Of a DNA stretch of 51,249 bases, positions 45,144 to 51,249 are shown one piece after another; position 1 is the first letter of the stretch; each line of letters opens with the position of its first letter. The notes beneath the pieces were generated by a model. The model was not told the DNA's origin and made no database searches. It was given only the letters and a program-made list of their open reading frames with translations. A program made the translations under genes and the position numbers. This stretch comes from a virus (taxonomy: Duplodnaviria; Caudoviricetes), in IMG/VR virus record IMGVR_UViG_3300033145_001039, positions 1 through 51,249 of that record. One strand, written 5' to 3'.

Positions 45144-46325
45144 GTGACTATTCCCCGCAGATAAAGCAAGGGGCTTCTAGGGCCTTGCAGCCCAGGCTCT
45201 GTAGTCCCAGAGCCAATATGTTTAATGCCGCATTATGGTCACGATCCAAACGAAGACCACAATGAGGACATTCATGAATACGAACTGAGAGATCCTTGGG
45301 AACGATAGCTCCGCACTGGGAGCATCTCTGGGTAGTCCCGCGTGGATCAACTTCGATTACACGACGACCAGCCTCTTCCGCTTTGTACATCGTGAACTGC
45401 CGAAGCTGTCGCCACGCAGCATCACCGATGCTCTTGTTCAAGCTGTGCCAGTTCCCATTTTGCATCTTTTGAATCTCCAGTTTTTCAAAAGCCAGCAATT
45501 GAAATTCATTTACCAGACGACGGCTTAGCTTGTGAGCAAAGTCGCGGCGCTTGTTTGTAATGCGCTCATGGATGCGGGCCACTACCTTGCGCCGCTTCTT
45601 GTATTCAGGGGTTCCTTTTTTAGCTTGGCTGAACTTGCGTTGGGCTTTAGCCAATGCCTTCTCTTCCCGGCGGAAGAACCGTGGATTCTCAATCTGCTCG
45701 CCTGTCGAAAGAGTGGCAAAGCTCTCCAAGCCAACATCTATCCCAACCGCGTTAGGAACAGGGGGCAATCTTTTCGGTTTGACTTCTACTGAGAAGCAAG
45801 CGAACCACTTGCCGGTAGCAGTGCGCCGAATAGTCAGGGTCTTGATTTGTCCTTCGATGGGCCGGTGAAGCCTGATTTTAATGTCCCCGATCTTAGAAAG
45901 ACGCAGCTTTCCCTCCTCAGTGAGTTTGAATCCCGACTGGGGATAGGTGAAGCTATCATATCGCCCCTTTCCTTTGAAACGGGGATAACCGGCTTTCCCG
46001 TTCTTGGCTTTAAGCCTGCGAAAGAATCCTTGAAAGGCCAAGTCAACACGAGTACAAACCTCTTGAAGCACCTGAGAATAGACATCATTGAGCTGGGGAT
46101 ATTCCTCTTTAAGTTGTGGTAACATCTTAATAGTATCATAGCGTGCAAGGGATTCCCGCCGCTCAGACCAGGCTTCGCGCCTTCTAGCTAATATTTCATT
46201 ATAGACAAACCGACAGGAGTCCAAAGTCTGCTCCAGTCGAGCACGCTGGCCTTTCGTAGGAAATAACCGATATTTAAATGTTCTCCTCACAGTTATATTA
46301 TATGACATTTATGCGGCGGCGTCAA
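45144..46325 (-). mobile_element. tnpB-only (IS1341-like) element without tnpA
   Basis: Right-end-like GAAGCCCCTTGC-TTTATCT-GCGGGGAATAGTCAC ending TCAC at 45144; left side TTGACG-17-TATAAT; left boundary uncertain. Confidence 0.7.
45148..46290 (-). CDS. tnpB: RNA-guided endonuclease TnpB (IS200/IS605 family)
   Basis: FKYRLFPT, GYPRFK, GIDVG (RuvC-I), AFEKL (RuvC-II), CSQC/CPHC, DRDHNAALNI (RuvC-III); probable leaderless GTG at 46290. Confidence 0.95.
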   Translation of the reverse strand: MRRTFKYRLFPTKGQRARLEQTLDSCRFVYNEILARRREAWSERRESLARYDTIKMLPQLKEEYPQLNDVYSQVLQEVCTRVDLAFQGFFRRLKAKNGKAGYPRFKGKGRYDSFTYPQSGFKLTEEGKLRLSKIGDIKIRLHRPIEGQIKTLTIRRTATGKWFACFSVEVKPKRLPPVPNAVGIDVGLESFATLSTGEQIENPRFFRREEKALAKAQRKFSQAKKGTPEYKKRRKVVARIHERITNKRRDFAHKLSRRLVNEFQLLAFEKLEIQKMQNGNWHSLNKSIGDAAWRQLRQFTMYKAEEAGRRVIEVDPRGTTQRCSQCGAIVPKDLSVRIHECPHCGLRLDRDHNAALNILALGLQSLGCKALEAPCFICGE

Positions 46326-46345
46326 GTACACAAAGAAGGACATGA

Positions 46346-46588
46346 TCACTTTTCGACATCCCGCGTAGTACCCCCTAGAGCAGTTTGAATCAACAAAAGA
46401 TTGCTTTTGATCGCGGCCTCAATCTCCTCCCGGGCCGCATCCCGAATCCCCTCATATAGCTGGGCTTTCACCGCCGTCAATAAATCTTCACCCTGCTCAT
46501 CCAGATAATCACGAAATGCCCGAATGACTAGTTCTGTGACAATGCGGCCAAGCTCCTCGTAAAGATCATCAAGGGTATCATCGTCCAT
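46346..46588 (-). CDS. Acidic hypothetical protein
   Basis: RBS GAGGAG; MDDDTLDD... Confidence 0.6.
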   Translation of the reverse strand: MDDDTLDDLYEELGRIVTELVIRAFRDYLDEQGEDLLTAVKAQLYEGIRDAAREEIEAAIKSNLLLIQTALGGTTRDVEK

Positions 46589-47684
46589 AGCCGAGCTCCT
46601 CTGCTCCCCTATAAAGCCAATCACCTACTCGGCTTACATTACGAGCATAGAGGAAAGGATCATCTAGCTCTTGCTCAAGTATTTCGGGATCGGGGCGCAA
46701 TTCTTCCCAAACTAGATCGCCGCCGCGTACATAGAACAATGCACCGCCTATGGGCCTGAACGATTTTACCCTACGTGTATAACGCTGAAAGCCTCCGAGA
46801 GAGTGAAACGTAATGGAACTATTCCCCATGCTGAACCCCAGATTTAGCCAGTGCTGATGTCCATGTAAGATATGCTGCACTTGCTCTTCCGGTGGACGCA
46901 TGGCATTCAATTCCTGTATTCGCCGGATGGCATGATCTTGAAATGCCGGGCTTTGTGGGCGAAATCTAGAATATCCAAACCCATGTACCACTAGCATGCT
47001 TATCCCGGGAGCAAACTGAACGATTGCCTCAAGCGGGAAATAACTGATTTCCAAACCAAGTTTCTGTGCCTCTGTAGTGACCCACCATCCAAGATCCCCA
47101 CCGCTATCCCGGGACACATCATGGTTGCCCTGTACATATATGAATTCGGCATCAATTCCGGCTTGCTGAAACTGATAATAGATAACCCTTAGAGCCCAGG
47201 CCCCCACAATAGCCTGATGGTGTGGTGCATTGACAATATTGGAAATGGCCTGCCCCCGAAAGATTCCCGTGCCGCTGATAAGGTCACCGGGAATAATGAA
47301 CAGTATGTGCCTAAACCCGAGCAAGCTAACTCGCTCAATCGCCTTATCCAGGGCAGAGAAAAAGGATTCGTGCATACAGTCTACATCATTGAAATGCATA
47401 TCGCCGAACGCCACAGCACCATCAGGTGCGCCTACTACATCCAGAACAGAGCGGCCCCTGGGAACTCTGCTCGTAATGGATCTGATAATGTCGGCTATGT
47501 CACGCTTTCGTGTTTCTCCGGCTAGAGTTTTAGCAATTGTAAGAGTGTGGGGAGTGATGCCCTTCTTCCCATCCCGCCTGGGAATCTGTGTCGCTATTGC
47601 TTGATCTGACCAGTCGGGATGTTCTTCTTTAATCTGCCTGTACGCCTTTACTATCTCCAGTGCGCGCTCTTCTGATAACGGCAC
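46578..47684 (-). CDS. Calcineurin-like metallophosphoesterase with N-terminal HTH-like region
   Basis: GDMH, GDLISG, GNHD, VHG, GHQH motifs. Confidence 0.85.
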   Translation of the reverse strand: MPLSEERALEIVKAYRQIKEEHPDWSDQAIATQIPRRDGKKGITPHTLTIAKTLAGETRKRDIADIIRSITSRVPRGRSVLDVVGAPDGAVAFGDMHFNDVDCMHESFFSALDKAIERVSLLGFRHILFIIPGDLISGTGIFRGQAISNIVNAPHHQAIVGAWALRVIYYQFQQAGIDAEFIYVQGNHDVSRDSGGDLGWWVTTEAQKLGLEISYFPLEAIVQFAPGISMLVVHGFGYSRFRPQSPAFQDHAIRRIQELNAMRPPEEQVQHILHGHQHWLNLGFSMGNSSITFHSLGGFQRYTRRVKSFRPIGGALFYVRGGDLVWEELRPDPEILEQELDDPFLYARNVSRVGDWLYRGAEELGYGR

Positions 47685-47692
47685 GCCACCTC

Positions 47693-47956
47693 CTATTCCT
47701 CTTTCGATTGCAGCATATTTGCAAGATGCTGTAGAACATGCGTGTTGTGCTGTAGGGATTCGTCAACTCCCTCAATTACCTTGCGCATCTGTTTGCGTTC
47801 TTCTGAATCATGTTCTAGGTGATTTTCGATCAATTTGGAAAAGGGATTGACGATCCAGCGCAGGACACCGCGAAGAACTGCTACCAGGATAAATCCTGAC
47901 ACCAATAGAACTGCGACTGTCTCCGGTAGTCCTTTAAGTTGGCCTATCCAATCCAT
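47693..47956 (-). CDS. Holin-like single-TM protein
   Basis: N-terminal TM helix followed by coiled coil (IENHLEH); start refined to ATG 47956. Confidence 0.55.
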   Translation of the reverse strand: MDWIGQLKGLPETVAVLLVSGFILVAVLRGVLRWIVNPFSKLIENHLEHDSEERKQMRKVIEGVDESLQHNTHVLQHLANMLQSKEE

Positions 47957-48036
47957 CCGCCGACCGCCCCTTCTCTGCCCACCCCTGCCCCGCCGGGTAC
48001 CCGACCGCCCCACCAGACCCGGCATCCCATCTTGCG

Positions 48037-48285
48037 CTACTGGCCGCCCGTTGCCCCCTCATCCGGTACCAGCCCCGATACGAATTCAGCTAACTTCCTG
48101 AGAGCCAACACGAAGTTTTTTTGCCACTCTATGGGCATCTGTAGCATTGCCGAAACAATGTACGGTTTGATCCGATCCGCTAGCTCTTCCGGGTCAATTG
48201 AAGTGAGAAGCTGGGCCACGAGCTGAGGTGCCCATCTCTTGACAATCGCTACTAACAGTTTTTGCCACCAAGACATGCCTACCAC
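48037..48285 (-). CDS. Small amphipathic hypothetical protein
   Basis: Coupled ORF in the putative lysis/envelope cluster. Confidence 0.6.
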   Translation of the reverse strand: MVGMSWWQKLLVAIVKRWAPQLVAQLLTSIDPEELADRIKPYIVSAMLQMPIEWQKNFVLALRKLAEFVSGLVPDEGATGGQ

Positions 48286-48722
48286 CTCAGTTCAAATCTT
48301 AGAATGGTGTCGATATACCACCATCCCGCTCCATATATCAGACCCCAGGATACAGACCCGTTGAAGATCCTGAATCTGACACCGGCCAGGCCATACCATG
48401 GCGAGAAATACATGGCCGGATTAGTAATGTAGACTCCCACGCCCAGCCCTAAAGTGGGCTGCACGGCCACTTGGGAACTGATATTGATAGCAGGGAAGTA
48501 GCCCTGAGCATCCACAAGCCACGCCCCATCAAGCCCGAAATCCGCTGGGAAAACCTTGCTCGCCTGCACCCCAAAGTAGATGTCATCCCACCCAAAGGAG
48601 TAGCAGGGATACGCGGCCGGCACGCCCGGGTCTACAAACTGCCGAAAACCGATGAACGGTCCGGCAAATGCGACCGCCCCGAATAGTGCCGCCAGAATGA
48701 CCGCCCCAAATGCCTTTCTCAT
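48279..48722 (-). CDS. Exported beta-strand-rich protein, possible outer-membrane beta-barrel
   Basis: Signal peptide MRKAFGAVILAALFGAVAFA; alternating aromatic strands; C-terminal LRFELRW. Confidence 0.6.
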   Translation of the reverse strand: MRKAFGAVILAALFGAVAFAGPFIGFRQFVDPGVPAAYPCYSFGWDDIYFGVQASKVFPADFGLDGAWLVDAQGYFPAINISSQVAVQPTLGLGVGVYITNPAMYFSPWYGLAGVRFRIFNGSVSWGLIYGAGWWYIDTILRFELRW

Positions 48723-49015
48723 CCTTCGCCTCCTTTTTTCTTTTTTCCCGCAGGAGGATCTGGATACTCGATCCATCCCTCCTCAGGATTGTCAGATTGA
48801 AGATTCACCCTCCACTGACCGAATGCCCCGCCGGCCTTGGCCCTACGGGCCGCCCGCTCCATTGCCTCTTGCCACTTCTTTTCTAGTTCTTGCTTGCGCC
48901 GCTGCAACGATTCATACCTGGCCTGTAATAACTGTTCCTCTGCACCAATAGCACGTGCCTCCTGGTTTAGTGCCTTGAGCCTCCAGAAGTCCTCTTTGGC
49001 CAGCTTTGCTCTCAT
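48719..49015 (-). CDS. Coiled-coil hypothetical protein
   Basis: RBS AAGGAGG; MRAKLAKED... Confidence 0.65.
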   Translation of the reverse strand: MRAKLAKEDFWRLKALNQEARAIGAEEQLLQARYESLQRRKQELEKKWQEAMERAARRAKAGGAFGQWRVNLQSDNPEEGWIEYPDPPAGKKKKGGEG

Positions 49016-49037
49016 GCTGCCTCCTTGCGGGCTCAAG

Positions 49038-49126
49038 CAAAAAGCCCCCAGTCTTTCGACTGGGGGCCTTCGTCTAAGGCTCTGCCCGTCCAGACTCATT
49101 GTAGCACAAAGTCGCGCAAGGGGCAA
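49038..49126 (-). promoter_or_regulatory. sigma70 promoter (TTGCCC-17-TGcTACAAT) + conserved leader + terminator-like hairpin
   Basis: -35 at 49121-49126, -10 at 49098-49103; GGCCCCCAGTC-GAAA-GACTGGGGGCT then TTTTG. Confidence 0.7.
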
Positions 49127-49176
49127 GTCTTCTATGCGAAAGTAGCCCCCAGGATAATAATGCGATATAATATTGG

Positions 49177-49662
49177 GTGATTATGATGCGCATAGACCTG
49201 GGAATTGGGTTTTGGATTACGATCGTCCCGCTAGTGATAGTTGCTTTGACTGGCTCTCAGATCTATGTAGAAAGAATTGAAATTCAAACCGTATCCACAC
49301 ATCTGGGCTGGGCAATCAATATCAATCCTGTGTTTGTAGCAGAGCTATCCTTCCCCTTTCAGGCATGGGCTCTCCAGTGCGGATACCTTGTGATTATTTC
49401 AAAGGACATCTATACAATTGGCGTCTCTAGATGGGGAGATGGTTTTCCAAAGAATGTTCTAGAGCACGAACTTATACATGTACAACAATTCCAGGCCATG
49501 GGGCCTTTTCTCTGCTGTCCCGGCATAGAGCACATAATCCCAATAGAGGGATGCAGTTATCTGTACGAAGCCCGAAACATTGCAGCCTGTAATAGAACTA
49601 TGTGGCACCCTGGTTCTGGTGTGTGTATCTTTCCGTTTGTAAGTATAAGGCCCGATTATTGA
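49177..49662 (+). CDS. Membrane-anchored HEXXH zinc-metallopeptidase-like protein
   Basis: N-terminal TM; LEHELIHVQQ...EA motif; lone plus-strand gene with upstream TATAAT. Confidence 0.6.
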   Translation: MIMMRIDLGIGFWITIVPLVIVALTGSQIYVERIEIQTVSTHLGWAININPVFVAELSFPFQAWALQCGYLVIISKDIYTIGVSRWGDGFPKNVLEHELIHVQQFQAMGPFLCCPGIEHIIPIEGCSYLYEARNIAACNRTMWHPGSGVCIFPFVSIRPDY

Positions 49663-50009
49663 TCCAACAGACTCCGTTGGGCCTTCTTTTGGGCCGTGTC
49701 AGACAATTTGTCCAACACTAAGCCAAGTAAAAGCTCTTCTCTTTTCTCTCTAATTTCACATTCTATCTCATACTCTTCACGCAGCATCAGCCGTGGATTC
49801 CCTGTGCTATCTTGTATTACAATCCAATTATTCGGGGTTCCATCCCAAGGAATTTCCTCTGGTACAGTAAGCGCTCCTGCCCCCTTTGGCCAAAGCCCCG
49901 GATTTCTGCGATAATAGTTCAAAATAAGCTCTCGCTGTCCCCATTCAGGGTGGGGGTCAACTTTCAAAATATCGCCTGTTTTGCGATCATAAAAAACCAC
50001 TATGCTCAT
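49656..50009 (-). CDS. Small tail-associated protein
   Basis: MSIVVFYDRKTGDILK pattern; coupled to the tail gene. Confidence 0.6.
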   Translation of the reverse strand: MSIVVFYDRKTGDILKVDPHPEWGQRELILNYYRRNPGLWPKGAGALTVPEEIPWDGTPNNWIVIQDSTGNPRLMLREEYEIECEIREKREELLLGLVLDKLSDTAQKKAQRSLLDQ

Positions 50010-51249
50010 GCCGGAACCTCCAAGATAATCCAGTTTATTCCGTTCGTGTAATCAATAAACTCTGTTCCATCGTCTCGAACCAGTTTAACTCGATGTTGTA
50101 CATATACATCCACATCGGTATGGCTTCCTGCCGTCAAGAACCCAGTTACTATCGACCCCTCCTTGAATTCTCCTCCTACCTGAAACAGAAAATCATCCAG
50201 CGTCCCAATGTTCATATCAGTATCGTGGAAATACGTCTCCCAAGGAGAGACAATGACGATCCACCTTTTCCCTGTCGGGACTGTCACAGATGCCCAAGAT
50301 TTCACAATTGTATAGCCCGTGGTGGGATTGGAAATATATCCTGCATCTACTAGCCGTGCCCCTTGGAACTTACTATAGGAATCGAAGATCGTAGATCCCG
50401 TAGAATCTGTGACTATAATCGCATCGCTGCTAGTTACCTCCAGGCTTCCGCGCACAGTTACATCGTTGAACTCTGCGTTGCCGAGCCCCGTAATACGAAA
50501 ACCAGAATATCCAGAGACATAATTTTCTGACTGGATATACCCGCCCGATCCTATTGTCAGGCTGGCGGTATTGGTGCCGGCGGTGATTTTGCTAAAAGTG
50601 AGGTCTGCGATTTTAGCATCAGTGATGGTAGCGTTAGCTATCTTGGCATTAGTAACTGCCAAATCCTGGATCTGGGCTGTGCCCACCACGTCTAGAGTCG
50701 CCAGAGCGCCGGCATCGGAAAGGTTAGAGATCCCGGATCCGCCCTGAATGGTGACGTTGCCAATAATAGAAAGTGTTGTGCCATCCCATGAGAGTTTAGG
50801 TGAATCAGAGCCGCCTAGCTTGAATGTGGCATTGTCAAGGTCTATTTCCGTCCCGGCACTTGGTCCCCAGTTCAAGCTGCGCAGAGTACCGCCGATCAGG
50901 GTTCGTGCAGTCAGATCATATGTAGCGATAATATGCTGGGCTGCCACCACGTCGGCTAGAAGATTGGATTGGTTGGCTTCGTTCGGTTGATAGCCTGCCC
51001 CGGAATTGTCATGGATTGTCCCCGTGGTCTCTGTGCCGTCCTCGGCCACCACCGTGATCTTGTATCTGTACTTGTAGGATTCGTTAAGGGGAGAATGCAT
51101 AAATCCAACTACCTCAGAGGCTAGGTAGGTCCAGGTCCCCGAGAATCCACCGCCCGTATCTACGTCATAGTAGATGTTGTAGTGCGAGAACCGCACCCAT
51201 GAAGATTTGGGAAGCCGAAACTTGATAAAGATGCGCTCCCTGCCAACTA
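50006..51249 (-). CDS. C-terminal part of tail tip/fibre protein (continues from 1-616)
   Basis: FN3 end YKYRYKITVVAEDG; I.DLAVTNAKIANATITDAKI repeats; IQSENYVSGYSGFRI...GNAEFNDVTVRG (gpJ-like). Confidence 0.85.
   Translation of the reverse strand, partial: VGRERIFIKFRLPKSSWVRFSHYNIYYDVDTGGGFSGTWTYLASEVVGFMHSPLNESYKYRYKITVVAEDGTETTGTIHDNSGAGYQPNEANQSNLLADVVAAQHIIATYDLTARTLIGGTLRSLNWGPSAGTEIDLDNATFKLGGSDSPKLSWDGTTLSIIGNVTIQGGSGISNLSDAGALATLDVVGTAQIQDLAVTNAKIANATITDAKIADLTFSKITAGTNTASLTIGSGGYIQSENYVSGYSGFRITGLGNAEFNDVTVRGSLEVTSSDAIIVTDSTGSTIFDSYSKFQGARLVDAGYISNPTTGYTIVKSWASVTVPTGKRWIVIVSPWETYFHDTDMNIGTLDDFLFQVGGEFKEGSIVTGFLTAGSHTDVDVYVQHRVKLVRDDGTEFIDYTNGINWIILEVPA
51136..51249. repeat. Terminal direct repeat (identical to 1-114)
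   Basis: 114-bp exact duplicate of the window start. Confidence 0.95.

Noticed and set aside
46291-46320. dif-like site (GCATAA arm)
   Set aside because: The XerD arm does not match, and the sequence is explained by the tnpB promoter

Overview
Apparently complete, circularly assembled ~51.1 kb genome of a long-tailed (siphovirus-like) dsDNA phage of a bacterial host. Bases 1-114 repeat 51136-51249, and several canonical TTGACN-17-TATAAT sigma70 promoters indicate a bacterial host. Almost all genes are on the minus strand: lambda gpA-type terminase, portal fused to a MuF-like domain, HK97-type protease and capsid, neck, two tail-tube-like genes, frameshifted tail chaperone, tape measure, tail tip and fibres. 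Also on the minus strand are a 7-deazaguanine DNA-modification cluster (queD, queE, folE, queC, dpdA/TGT-like, ParB-like), ThyX, RNA ligase, RusA, HNH, DnaC-like loader, replication initiator with iterons, Sak4/SSB/Cas4-like recombination genes and a tnpB-only IS605-family element. A plus-strand block of small genes sits at 23.8-26.8 kb. I could not recognise an integrase, CI-type repressor or endolysin. The most striking signals are non-coding. (1) A 10-mer GGGGCGGTCG occurs at least 16 times on the coding strand, 13 of them at or near translation starts, and a predicted antisense-promoter-driven ~70-nt sRNA (43949-44021) carries its exact complement, suggesting an RNA-based master regulon. 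(2) A strict 36-bp-period dual-repeat TIGR-like guide array (41199-41639) has no recognisable Tas/Nop gene and lies directly behind an aberrant tRNA-like RNA. (3) Three promoter-conserved leader-terminator modules precede late operons. All assignments are from reading the sequence; no database searches were run.
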